From IMG/VR virus record IMGVR_UViG_3300043434_000453, positions 1 to 53,665 of that record: a DNA stretch of 53,665 nt; one strand, written 5' to 3'. This document shows positions 27,108-36,104 of this stretch, one piece after another. The notes under the pieces were generated by a model. The model saw only the letters and a list, made by a program, of their open reading frames with translations, had not been told where the DNA came from and searched no databases. Origin of the DNA: a virus. Its lineage: Duplodnaviria; Caudoviricetes. The translations under genes and the position numbers were made by a program. How positions within the stretch are numbered: the stretch's first letter is position 1; every line of letters starts with the position of its first letter.

Positions 27108-28012
27108 GGGACTACGGGAAAATCCACACGTCATTCTGGTCGAGCGAGACGATCCGCTCGATGTCCGAGGATGGCAGGACTTTGGCGATGTACCTGATGA
27201 CATGCCCTCACGGAACCATTTCCGGAGTGTTCCGATTACCTGATGGGTACGCATGTGACGACCTTCAATGGACATGCGAAAGGGTTACGAAAGGGTTTAA
27301 GGAACTCTCAAAGAACGGTTTCGCAACACGCTGCGAACGCACGAAATGGGTATTCGTCTTGAAGCATTTCGAGTGGAACCCTCCTGAGAACCCTAATCAG
27401 CGCAAAGCGGCAGCGAAAATTGCACTGAAGGTGCCCGCAGAATGCGCTTGGAGGCCCGATTTCATGCGGGATTGCTGGCAATTCTTCCTGGATTCAGAAC
27501 CGGAAATTTCAAACCCTTCCGAAACCATTCCGAAACCCTTTCTTAATCAGGAACAGGAACAGGAACAGGAACAGGAACAGGAGCAGAAAACCGTTCCGGC
27601 CGCCGGCAAGCCGACGACCGCCCCGCAAAAATCCGCCGACAAGGAAACCGAACTTCAGAAGGCATGCAGGGAAACCTGGTCTGCCTACTCCATGGCCTAC
27701 TTCACCCGCTATGGAACGGAACCTGTTCGCAACGCCAAGGTGAACGCATCGGTGAAGGGCTTCGTGCAGCGCATTGGCCACGAGGAGTCTCCGCACATCG
27801 CCGGATGGTTCGTGAGCCACCCCGATTCGTTCTACCACCGGCGCATGCATGACTTCGGTCTCCTGCTCAACGATGCCGAGAAACTGCGCACCGAGTGGGC
27901 CACCGGCAAGCGCATGACGCAGACGAAGGCATCCCAGGCGGACAAGACCGCCAGCAACTTTGAGGCGGCAAACTCCGCCCTCGAAATCCTCGCTGCGAAA
28001 GGACTGGCATGA
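27104..28012 (+). CDS. Replication initiator (lambda O-like role)
   Basis: Y.KI..SFW N-terminus; internal iteron-like repeats; QE-repeat linker; followed by a P-like gene. Confidence 0.8.
   Translation: MRDYGKIHTSFWSSETIRSMSEDGRTLAMYLMTCPHGTISGVFRLPDGYACDDLQWTCERVTKGFKELSKNGFATRCERTKWVFVLKHFEWNPPENPNQRKAAAKIALKVPAECAWRPDFMRDCWQFFLDSEPEISNPSETIPKPFLNQEQEQEQEQEQEQKTVPAAGKPTTAPQKSADKETELQKACRETWSAYSMAYFTRYGTEPVRNAKVNASVKGFVQRIGHEESPHIAGWFVSHPDSFYHRRMHDFGLLLNDAEKLRTEWATGKRMTQTKASQADKTASNFEAANSALEILAAKGLA
27277..27586. repeat. Iteron-like repeats (probable origin) and CAGGAA tandem repeat
   Basis: AAACC(C/A)TTCCG twice plus a partial copy at 27511-27541; inverted copies CGAAAGGGTT(A/T) twice at 27277-27298; (CAGGAA)5 CAGGAG CAG at 27548-27586. 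Confidence 0.7.
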
Positions 28013-28704
28013 GCGCACGTGAACTCATCAACGCGATCGCCGTCACGGCCGAACTGACCGGAACATCGTTATCCGACATCGCGCAGGCTGCGATGGCTCA
28101 GGAACTCTTGGCATACCCGCTCGATTCTGTACTCGATGCACTGATGCGTTGCAGGCGCGAGATCCATGGCCGCCTAACCCTGGCGGCGATCATTGAGCGG
28201 CTGAACGCCAACGATGGGCGCCCGACTGCCGACGAGGCATGGATGCAGGCTCTGCTGGCCGACGACGAGCGCGAGACTGTGGTGTGGACGAAGGAGGCCG
28301 CCGACGCATTCTTTGACGCGCGTCCGGCTCTGGACGCTGGCGACAAGATTGCCGCCCGGATGGCGTTCAAGGCCGCCTACGACAGGCTTGTGCAGCAGGC
28401 CAGGGACAACGCCGTGCCAACTAAGTGGATCGTCTCAGAGGGATTCGACGTGGAAAAGCGACGCATCGCCATCGAGAAGGGAATCGAGAAGAAGTTGCTC
28501 TTGCCCAGCCAGGTTGTGCACATGCTTCCCGCGCCGCCGGCGGATCCATCCATCGCCAATCAGTTCCTGCGCATCGCGTCTGTGAACGGGAAACTTATGC
28601 TTGAGAACCATGACGCGGAAAGCCATGAAGATGCAGAGCGCAGGAAGGAAATCGCGCGGCGAGAACTTGCGAAGCTGCGCGACATGCTGAAGAAAGCATC
28701 ATGA
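28009..28704 (+). CDS. Replication protein P-like / helicase loader candidate
   Basis: Follows the initiator; DGRP.ADEAW...DE..TVVWT...ARMAFK.AY motif. Confidence 0.65.
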   Translation: MSARELINAIAVTAELTGTSLSDIAQAAMAQELLAYPLDSVLDALMRCRREIHGRLTLAAIIERLNANDGRPTADEAWMQALLADDERETVVWTKEAADAFFDARPALDAGDKIAARMAFKAAYDRLVQQARDNAVPTKWIVSEGFDVEKRRIAIEKGIEKKLLLPSQVVHMLPAPPADPSIANQFLRIASVNGKLMLENHDAESHEDAERRKEIARRELAKLRDMLKKAS

Positions 28705-28913
28705 CCGACAGGAAATCCCCTTGTCATTGCCCTCAATGTAGCGATAATCCGGAGCCAACATGGACCAGACAACATGCCTTGACCTGCGAAGCCCGCTGGC
28801 TGTTGAGCCAGCCGCTCGCAACTCGCCGCGAGTACCTGAAGGCAGCGCCCGTGCAGAAGCGGGTGGACGCGCTGAAGGCCGAGATGCTTCGCCAGCACCT
28901 GGAAGCGGCCTGA
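28701..28913 (+). CDS. Hypothetical protein
   Basis: 70 aa; CxCxxC and CEARWLL. Confidence 0.6.
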   Translation: MTDRKSPCHCPQCSDNPEPTWTRQHALTCEARWLLSQPLATRREYLKAAPVQKRVDALKAEMLRQHLEAA

Positions 28914-29365
28914 AACTGGACATCGCCTTCTTCGTCCCCGGCGAGCCGAAAGGCAAAGGCAGGCACCGGAGCCGCATCGCCGGCGGGAAGGCCGGCCGCC
29001 AGTTCGTCCAGCACTACGCGCCGAAGGACACCGTTGAGTACGAGAACCTGGTTCGCATGGCAGCGCACGAGGCCATGGAAGGCCGAGATCCGACCCGCCA
29101 CCCAGTGGCCATGACCATGACCGCATTCGTCTCCGTGCCGTCCAGCTGGTCGAAGAAGAAGCAGGCCAGGGCTCTAAACGGGATGGTGTGCCCCACCGGT
29201 AAGCCTGACCTGGACAACCTGGAGAAGGCCATCCTCGACGGGATGAACAAGATCGTGTTCGCCGATGACGCTCAGGTGTGCCGGGTGACGAAGGCGAAAC
29301 TCTACGCGACCACGCCAGGAGTCGAGGTGTACGTGACGGAGATCGGCGCCGATCCGGCGCGGTGA
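28910..29365 (+). CDS. rusA: RusA-family Holliday junction resolvase
   Basis: VPGEP.GK.R, KPDLDNLEKAILDGMN..VF.DDAQV; start uncertain (CTG at 28910 in a CTGA overlap). Confidence 0.9.
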   Translation: MKLDIAFFVPGEPKGKGRHRSRIAGGKAGRQFVQHYAPKDTVEYENLVRMAAHEAMEGRDPTRHPVAMTMTAFVSVPSSWSKKKQARALNGMVCPTGKPDLDNLEKAILDGMNKIVFADDAQVCRVTKAKLYATTPGVEVYVTEIGADPAR

Positions 29366-29375
29366 AAGGGAGCGC

Positions 29376-29738
29376 ATGCAAAAGGTCATCGAGGAACTAA
29401 GCGAGATCATCGGGTACGGCAAGGCCTTCGAGGTCGCAATACGCTGGGCCGGTCGTGAGTTATCCGTACCGGCGACGATCACACAGGATCACCCGATCGC
29501 GCTGACCATTGGATTCGAATCCGCGCAAAAACTTTGCAAGGCATACGGACCCGGTCGCATCACGATCCCGCTAGAGCGATCTATCCTGAAGGACATGCGC
29601 AATCGCCGAATCTATGAGGATGCAGTCGTAAACGGAAGGTCTCATTACGCACTGGCTATCGACTTCGGTGTAAGCCGCCCGTGCATTACCCAGATCGTGA
29701 AGAAGATGAAGGAGGCCGCAGATGCGGATCACGAGTGA
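29376..29738 (+). CDS. Mor/C-family transcriptional activator (late regulator)
   Basis: IP......RNRRI........LA..FGVS...I.QI C-terminal HTH; precedes the lysis genes. Confidence 0.8.
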   Translation: MQKVIEELSEIIGYGKAFEVAIRWAGRELSVPATITQDHPIALTIGFESAQKLCKAYGPGRITIPLERSILKDMRNRRIYEDAVVNGRSHYALAIDFGVSRPCITQIVKKMKEAADADHE

Positions 29739-30147
29739 GCACTACTTCGCCGGCTACATGAAGCCAGGCCAGGAGCACAAGGGCATCACGAATGAGCACA
29801 GAGTGAACGCCGAGGTGTTGCTGGTCAAAGTGAATGCCATGCTTGATGAGCTCGCCACCGTGTACCGCTGCTCCCTGGACGTGAACCCGAAGACCGGGAC
29901 GCTCATCAGCGGCACTCGGAACGGCGGCTGGCGGCCGAAGGATTGCCCGGAAGGATCTGACCGCTCCAGCCACAAGGAAGGGCGCGGCGTGGACATCTAC
30001 GACCCGGACGGAGACCTGGACAGCACCATTACCGATGCCATGCTCAAGAAGCACGGCCTGTACCGTGAGCACCCCAGCCAGACGAAATCTTGGCTCCACC
30101 TGACCGACCGCGCGCCCGGATCCGGGAAGCGGACGTTTTACGCCTGA
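29722..30147 (+). CDS. Endolysin, peptidase M15-like
   Basis: GGWR, SSHKEGRGVD (SxHxxxxxxD) and WLH zinc-ligand motifs. Confidence 0.85.
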   Translation: MRITSEHYFAGYMKPGQEHKGITNEHRVNAEVLLVKVNAMLDELATVYRCSLDVNPKTGTLISGTRNGGWRPKDCPEGSDRSSHKEGRGVDIYDPDGDLDSTITDAMLKKHGLYREHPSQTKSWLHLTDRAPGSGKRTFYA

Positions 30148-30151
30148 AAGG

Positions 30152-30376
30152 ATGCTCATGCGCTTCCTCCCCACCATCAAGGACAGCCGGGGCCGCGAGT
30201 CCCACACGCTGCTATTCGTCGCGGCCGCTGCCATGGTGCTCGTCTACAAGTTCGCGGTAGCCGGCACATCACTCCTCGGCGTGAACTGGCCCGCCATGTC
30301 GGCCTCTGAGTTCGGCATGGCCTTCGCCGGGATTATGGCTATCTGGCTCGGGCGAGAGTGGACTGAGAAAAAATGA
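30152..30376 (+). CDS. Holin
   Basis: 74 aa; two hydrophobic helices; basic C-terminus; possible dual start Met-Leu-Met. Confidence 0.7.
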   Translation: MLMRFLPTIKDSRGRESHTLLFVAAAAMVLVYKFAVAGTSLLGVNWPAMSASEFGMAFAGIMAIWLGREWTEKK

Positions 30377-30894
30377 TCCGCGCATGGAATGCCCGCACGA
30401 CGATCGCCGTTGCCCTTGTGTGCTTTCTCGCCGGTGCGACTTCTGGCTGGACAGTGAACGGATGGCGGCTCGGGAACGCGATCGAGGCGCAGAAGACCAA
30501 GGCAGCGACCGAACTGGCCAAGGCAACACAGCGGGCCAGGAGCGCGGAGAAGGCCCAGGACAAGATCCGCATCGAAGCAGAGGTGAACCATGCGAAAGCC
30601 CGTGACCAGATTGAACGCACCCTGGCTGATAACCGCCGCCTTGCTCGTCAGCTTGGCGGGCTGCGCGACCCAGGACACCGGCCGGGTGGTGACTGCGCCG
30701 TGCCCGGAGGTGCCCAGGCCGCCGGCGAGCGTGATGCTGGAGCCACCGGAAGCGAACTTCCAGACCAGACTGCGGGACTTCTTTCTGTCGAAGCCTCCGA
30801 CTTCCTCATTGAGCTCGCCGCCGAAGCCGACCGGGCCGCAGAGTACGCACGAACCTGTCACAACTGGGCAATGAAAGTGAGCAATGGCAAATAA
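30373..30894 (+). CDS. Inner-membrane spanin (Rz-like)
   Basis: N-terminal transmembrane helix, GW.V.GWRL, coiled coil, GLRDP, A.EAD......C. Confidence 0.82.
   Translation: MIRAWNARTTIAVALVCFLAGATSGWTVNGWRLGNAIEAQKTKAATELAKATQRARSAEKAQDKIRIEAEVNHAKARDQIERTLADNRRLARQLGGLRDPGHRPGGDCAVPGGAQAAGERDAGATGSELPDQTAGLLSVEASDFLIELAAEADRAAEYARTCHNWAMKVSNGK
30590..30874 (+). CDS. Outer-membrane spanin lipoprotein (Rz1-like), embedded in the +1 frame
   Basis: Lipobox LAGC; Pro-rich mature part. Confidence 0.8.
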   Translation: MRKPVTRLNAPWLITAALLVSLAGCATQDTGRVVTAPCPEVPRPPASVMLEPPEANFQTRLRDFFLSKPPTSSLSSPPKPTGPQSTHEPVTTGQ

Positions 30895-32200
30895 ATCCAC
30901 CACAGAAAAGCAATCCAGCAAGGAAATCAGCGGACCGAAGATCGAATTCCGAAACCTGGACGACCTGCCGGCCTATGCCCGCAACGCCAGGACGCACTCC
31001 GATGAACAGGTAGCGCAACTGATGGGCGCCATCATCGAGTTCGGTTGGACGAACCCTGTTCTCGCGGATGGAGATGGGATCGTAGCATGGCATGGGCGCT
31101 GCATGGCTGCTCGCAAGCTGTACGGGCAAGGGAAGACTATCAAGCTGCCTAGCGGCGAGAGCATCCCGGATGGCACCGTCCCTGTAATCGACTGCACTGG
31201 ATGGAGTGAGGCGAAGCGGCGGGCGTATATTCTCGCGGATAACAAACTTGCTCTCAACGCTGGATATGACATGGCAATGCTCGCGCTTGAACTACAAGAC
31301 TTGGACACCGGCGAGATTGACCTTTCGCTGACTGGCTTCTCGGAGAAGGAACTGGAGGACTTGCTGACGTGGGCGCCTGATGGAGCGAAGCAAGGGCTGA
31401 CGGATGACGATGCGGTTCCTGAGACTCCTGTTCAGCCTACGACAGTGCTTGGCGATGTGTGGATGCTTGGAAAGCATCGGCTGATGTGCGGGGACAGCAC
31501 AAGCATTGACGCAGTAGAGACGCTGATGGAAGGCGCGAAGGCGGATATGGTTTTCACGGACCCGCCGTATGGGTACAGCTACGTTTCAAATCATCAAGAC
31601 AGGCATGAAATGCTCATGAACGACGATGTGCTGCTTGATTTTTGTCCGGCCGCTTATGCTGCAATGAAAGAAAACGCGTCGGTGTTTATTTGCGGATCGC
31701 ACCAGACAATTCACCAATGGCGCAGCATAGTCGATAAGCATTTCACATACAAAAACCTGATTGTCTGGAAAAAAAACAACTGGTCGATGGGAGACTTGTC
31801 TGGCGCTTTTGCCGGGCAACACGAACTGATCATATTTGCACACAAAGGGCGGGTCGAGCTGCGCGGTGAGAGAAGCCGCGATGTTTGGGAATTTGACCGT
31901 GACCCTCCGAAGCATCACCCAACGCAGAAGCCCGTCGATTTAGTGGAATTTGCAATAAACAAAGTAACCGACAATGGCGCGGTGGTTATTGATCTATTCG
32001 GCGGCTCCGGATCAACGCTAATCGCCTGCGAAAAGACAGGTCGCATTAATCGCAGCATGGAGCTTGACCCGAAATACTGCGATGTGATCGTCCGCCGCTG
32101 GCAGGATTTCACCGGCAAGAAGGCAACGCTTGAAGGTGATGGCCGCACGTTCGAAGAACTGTCTGCCGAGCGCCTAGCCGTGACTGAGGCCACTGCCTGA
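30884..32200 (+). CDS. ParB-like domain fused to a DNA methyltransferase
   Basis: NARTHS..Q, EFGWTNP, ADNKLA; TDPPY, HPTQKP, DLFGGSGS. Confidence 0.93.
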   Translation: MANKSTTEKQSSKEISGPKIEFRNLDDLPAYARNARTHSDEQVAQLMGAIIEFGWTNPVLADGDGIVAWHGRCMAARKLYGQGKTIKLPSGESIPDGTVPVIDCTGWSEAKRRAYILADNKLALNAGYDMAMLALELQDLDTGEIDLSLTGFSEKELEDLLTWAPDGAKQGLTDDDAVPETPVQPTTVLGDVWMLGKHRLMCGDSTSIDAVETLMEGAKADMVFTDPPYGYSYVSNHQDRHEMLMNDDVLLDFCPAAYAAMKENASVFICGSHQTIHQWRSIVDKHFTYKNLIVWKKNNWSMGDLSGAFAGQHELIIFAHKGRVELRGERSRDVWEFDRDPPKHHPTQKPVDLVEFAINKVTDNGAVVIDLFGGSGSTLIACEKTGRINRSMELDPKYCDVIVRRWQDFTGKKATLEGDGRTFEELSAERLAVTEATA

Positions 32201-32622
32201 TGGCCCGCACCCCTTTCAAACCAACTGACGAGCAGAGGATGCAGGTCAGCATCATGGCTTCCTGCGGCTTCCCGCATGAATTGATGGTTGAACGGATCAT
32301 CAATCATCAGACCGGCAGGCCAATCGACAAGAAAACGCTCTACAAGGCTTTCCGGGTAGAACTTGATCAAGGCTTAGAGCAAGCTAACGCGATGGTGGCT
32401 CAGTCGCTATTCAAGAAGGCCATTGGAACTTCTGCTCAATCCGTCACGGCGGCGATCTGGTGGGAAAAGACCCGCGCAGGCAAGAAAGACACAAGCGCGA
32501 TGGAACTGACCGGCAAAGACGGGACACCATTGCACCCGCCTGAAAAAGCCCACGAGATGACGGACGCTGAACTTGAGAGTATCGCCAGAAGCAGCCGCTC
32601 GGGAACTACTGCGGAGGCGTAA
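32200..32622 (+). CDS. Terminase small subunit (putative)
   Basis: TL.K.F..EL..G, A.IWW.KTRAG, ELTGKDG motifs; overlaps the large subunit gene. Confidence 0.8.
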   Translation: MARTPFKPTDEQRMQVSIMASCGFPHELMVERIINHQTGRPIDKKTLYKAFRVELDQGLEQANAMVAQSLFKKAIGTSAQSVTAAIWWEKTRAGKKDTSAMELTGKDGTPLHPPEKAHEMTDAELESIARSSRSGTTAEA

Positions 32623-34135
32623 GGCGCGGGCTGATTTAATCGCCTACGCCAACGCTATCGACGTTCCCGGCAAGCCCGTATCCGATGACCCTGAGGAATG
32701 GTTATTCCAACCGATTGAAACGGGCGTAGCGGCGCATCACGCGCTTCTGCTGTCTGCCATTCAGCGGACCATGGAGCGCAGGCACGGCCGGCTGATGGTG
32801 TTCATGCCGCCAGGTAGTGGAAAGTCTGTCTACACATCGACAGTTGCTCCGACGTGGTACATGGGGCGAAACCCAGGCAAGAAGATCATCCTTGCAAGCT
32901 ACGGAAGCGATCTTGCGAAGCGTCATGGCCGTAGGGCGCGGCAGATCGTCAAGTCATCATCGTATTCGAGCATCTTCGGAGCCGGTATATCGTCTGTCAC
33001 ATCTGCGGCTGACGAATGGTCTCTGACGAACGGTTCTGAATACCTTTCCGGCGGCATCCTGTCAGGGATAACTGGGAATCGCTGTGATGGCCTGATACTC
33101 GATGATCCGGTAAAAGGACGTGAGGATGCGGAGTCGGAAGTGATCCGCAAGAAGACCCGCGAGGCATACGACGATGACCTGCTGACCCGTCTGATCCCGG
33201 GCGGATGGGTAGCGATGGTGCTTACCCGCTGGCACGAAGACGACCTAGCAGGATCAATCCTGCCGAAGCACTACGATGGCCGAAGCGGGATGATCGAGTG
33301 CCGTGACGGAAACACATGGGAGGTGATCTGCCTTCCAGCCGAGGCAGAGCGCGACGATGATCCGCTAGGCAGGCGCCCAGGCGAAATGCTCTGGCGTGAA
33401 TGGTTCGATGAGAAGCACTGGGCACAGTTTCGGTCGAACTCCCGCACGTGGGCCAGTCTGTTTCAGCAGCGACCCAGGCCCGCCGAAGGCGTCATGTTCA
33501 AAGGTGAGTGGCTTCGTCGCTACGGCACCATCCCTGCCTATGCGAACTACTGTGTTCACTCCTGGGACACGGCCTATAAGCCGAACCAGATCAACGACCC
33601 GAGCGTTGGCACGTCATGGCGCTTCGGAAATGGCGTTCCTGGCTACTTTTTACGGGATGTTTTCCGTAAGCGCATTGAATACCCTGCGCTGCGGCGCAGT
33701 GTCATCAACTGGGCCGAGCGGGATAGGCCGATCGCTATCCTGATCGAAGACAAGGCGAGCGGACAGTCATTGATCCAGGAGTTGCGCAGTACAACGTCAT
33801 TGCCGATCATTGCAATCGAGCCCGATAGTGACAAAATCACACGGGCCAACGAAGTGTCGGCGATGGTGGAAGCGGGCTTGGTGCATCTCCCGGAGATCGC
33901 ACCTTGGCTAGTGGACTACGAAGCGGAATTGCTGGGCTTCCCGCTCGCGGCGAATGATGACCAGGTGGATAGCACCACGCAGTTCCTGCGATGGGTGCGC
34001 GGGTGGAGCGCGAGGTTGGAGACGGCATCGACAGGCTCCGGACTGGTGGTGCAGGAGGCCGGGTATGCGCTGCACGGCCAGATCGAAAACGGTTACGGCT
34101 CGGTCAGCAGCGGCGACCGGGCGGAAGGATTCTGA
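32573..34135 (+). CDS. terL: Terminase large subunit
   Basis: Walker A MPPGSGKS, Walker B LILDDP, TRWHEDD; nuclease SWDTA, IEDKASG, DDQVD. Confidence 0.95.
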   Translation: MRVSPEAAARELLRRRKARADLIAYANAIDVPGKPVSDDPEEWLFQPIETGVAAHHALLLSAIQRTMERRHGRLMVFMPPGSGKSVYTSTVAPTWYMGRNPGKKIILASYGSDLAKRHGRRARQIVKSSSYSSIFGAGISSVTSAADEWSLTNGSEYLSGGILSGITGNRCDGLILDDPVKGREDAESEVIRKKTREAYDDDLLTRLIPGGWVAMVLTRWHEDDLAGSILPKHYDGRSGMIECRDGNTWEVICLPAEAERDDDPLGRRPGEMLWREWFDEKHWAQFRSNSRTWASLFQQRPRPAEGVMFKGEWLRRYGTIPAYANYCVHSWDTAYKPNQINDPSVGTSWRFGNGVPGYFLRDVFRKRIEYPALRRSVINWAERDRPIAILIEDKASGQSLIQELRSTTSLPIIAIEPDSDKITRANEVSAMVEAGLVHLPEIAPWLVDYEAELLGFPLAANDDQVDSTTQFLRWVRGWSARLETASTGSGLVVQEAGYALHGQIENGYGSVSSGDRAEGF

Positions 34136-36042
34136 TGGCAGACATGAATAAGCCAATGGCCCCGGTCACGCAGGAAATCGCGTACCCGGACAACCGAATC
34201 ATGTACTCGGGCTATCGCTCAGACCCGTACACCGATGCGCTAACCCCGACCGATTCTGTCCTGAGGGCGCGCGGCGACCTTACCCTTTCGATCTACAAGG
34301 AACTGCTTCGCGATGACCAGGTGCGATCAGTTTGGCAGCAGCGTCGGCTGAAGGTTACGAAGGCCGAGGTTGAAATTGAGCCAGGCGCAGACGATCCGCT
34401 ATCCGAAGCCGCTGCCGAGGCGTTCAAGGAAGAATTGCAAGGGCTGGCCTGGGACGACATCACCGACAAGATGCTTTACGCGCAGTTCTACGGATGGGGC
34501 GTCGCCGAAGTCATGTGGCGGCCAGATGGATCCCGCGTGCGCTTCGCCAATATCCTTGTGCGCGATCGGGCGCGCTTCCGGTTCTCGATGTCGAACACGC
34601 TTTACCTTAACCGCCTCACTGGCATAGAGGCGATGCCTGAAAGGAAGTTCTGGACGATCAGTACCGGCAGTGACAACCACGATGAGCCATACGGCCTGGG
34701 CCTGGCGCACTCGCTCTACTGGCCGGTGTTCTTCAAGCGCAACGATATTAAGTTCTGGCTGGTCTTCCTGGAGAAGTTCGGCCAGCCGACTGCGGTAGCG
34801 AAACTGCCGGCAGGCCAGATCGAGGATCCAGCACAGCGCGCGAAGGCGGTAGCCATGCTTAAGAGCATCGCTACGGACAGCGGCGTGGTGGTGCCCGACA
34901 ATATCGTAGTCGAGCTCCTTGAGGCCGCACGCTCCGGCGCCGGTGATTACGAGAGCATGGTCAAGGCGATGGATTCCGCCATTTCCAAGGTGATCCTGTC
35001 GCAGACGATGACGAGCGACAACGGCGCCAGTCTCGCTCAGGCGAAGGTGCATGAGGGCGTGGCCGATGCCGTGGTGAAGGCCGACGCCGACCTGGTGAGC
35101 GAAACATTCATGCGCGGCCCGCTCCAGTGGTGGGTGGACTGGAACTTCCCCGGCGCGAAGGTGCCGCGCATTCGCCGTATGGTGGAGCCGCCCGAGGACA
35201 TGAACGCCCGCGCGGATCGGGACAAGAAGATCAGCGAGCTCGGCTATGAGCCCACCGAGGAGTACATCCGCGAGACATACGGCGATGGGTGGCAGAAGAA
35301 GAAGCAGCCCGAGGCCCTGCCTGGCGCACTCCCTGGCGCTCCGCTCGACCAGCAGCAGTTCGCGGAAGGCGAGCTCGCCGCGATCGCCGCACTCAAGGCC
35401 GCCCGGCGCGGGGACCAGGACGCCATGGTCGATGCGGCCGTGCGCTTCGCCGAGCAGTACGAAACCATCATGGGAAAGAGGGTTGCCGCTCTGATCAACG
35501 CCGCCGAGGATGCGGACGACTACGACACCTTCGGCCGGCGCCTGAACGAGATTCTGGCCGAAGTTCCCGATGCGGCCACGGTCGACAAACTGACCCGGGC
35601 CAGCGTGTTCTCCCGCCTGATGGGCGCATTCAGGACGCAGCGCAAGGACAGCCCGCAGCCGAGTATCGCCAAGTTGGCCGCCTCATTCGCCGAGCAGTCA
35701 AAGGCCAACCTGGAAGCGATCAAGGAGATCGCCACCCGGGAGCAGCCGGCCCCGGTCATTCACATCACCATGCCCGAACGCGCGGTGAACGTGCAGCCGC
35801 CCGCCGTGACGGTCAAGTACGCCGAGCAGCCGGCCCCGGTGGTAAACATCCAGCCGCCAGTCGTCAATGTCGCCGCGCCGAATGTGCAGGTGGACGTGCA
35901 GCCCGCCCAGGTTACGCTGGAGGCGAATATGCCGGCGCCGGAGGTGACAGTGAATATTCCGCCGCGCCAGGTGGTTGCCGAGATCGAGCGCAACAGGAGC
36001 GGCGAAATGACCCGAGTGGTTCAGACAGAAAGTGACCTTTAA
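34135..36042 (+). CDS. Portal protein (Mu gp29/DUF935-like) with Pro/Val-rich C-terminal extension
   Basis: ATG overlapping the terL stop; PYGLGL, W..FLEKFG.P, ISKVIL.QT, A.VH. Confidence 0.9.
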   Translation: MADMNKPMAPVTQEIAYPDNRIMYSGYRSDPYTDALTPTDSVLRARGDLTLSIYKELLRDDQVRSVWQQRRLKVTKAEVEIEPGADDPLSEAAAEAFKEELQGLAWDDITDKMLYAQFYGWGVAEVMWRPDGSRVRFANILVRDRARFRFSMSNTLYLNRLTGIEAMPERKFWTISTGSDNHDEPYGLGLAHSLYWPVFFKRNDIKFWLVFLEKFGQPTAVAKLPAGQIEDPAQRAKAVAMLKSIATDSGVVVPDNIVVELLEAARSGAGDYESMVKAMDSAISKVILSQTMTSDNGASLAQAKVHEGVADAVVKADADLVSETFMRGPLQWWVDWNFPGAKVPRIRRMVEPPEDMNARADRDKKISELGYEPTEEYIRETYGDGWQKKKQPEALPGALPGAPLDQQQFAEGELAAIAALKAARRGDQDAMVDAAVRFAEQYETIMGKRVAALINAAEDADDYDTFGRRLNEILAEVPDAATVDKLTRASVFSRLMGAFRTQRKDSPQPSIAKLAASFAEQSKANLEAIKEIATREQPAPVIHITMPERAVNVQPPAVTVKYAEQPAPVVNIQPPVVNVAAPNVQVDVQPAQVTLEANMPAPEVTVNIPPRQVVAEIERNRSGEMTRVVQTESDL

Positions 36043-36101
36043 TGCAAACCACGCACGGCGGTCTGATCATCCTCAACCATAACGCTCCGGACGCGGAGTA
36101 A
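36042..36101 (+). CDS. 19-aa micro-ORF bridging the portal and the next gene
   Basis: TAATG overlap with the portal stop; MQTTHGGLIILNHNAPDAE; its 3' end carries the GGAG RBS for 36105. Confidence 0.3.
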   Translation: MQTTHGGLIILNHNAPDAE

Positions 36102-36104
36102 TCA

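Noticed and set aside
29376..29738. Transposable (Mu-type) phage, suggested by the Mor-like gene and Mu-like head genes
   Set aside because: No DDE transposase or MuB-like ATPase is visible; a tyrosine integrase and an initiator-based replicon are present.
33991..34134. Upstream extensions given by the ORF track for the portal and several other genes (1016, 9416, 44375, 48324, 48585, 52272)
   Set aside because: Downstream starts with an RBS or stop/start overlap fit better, so the extensions were trimmed.
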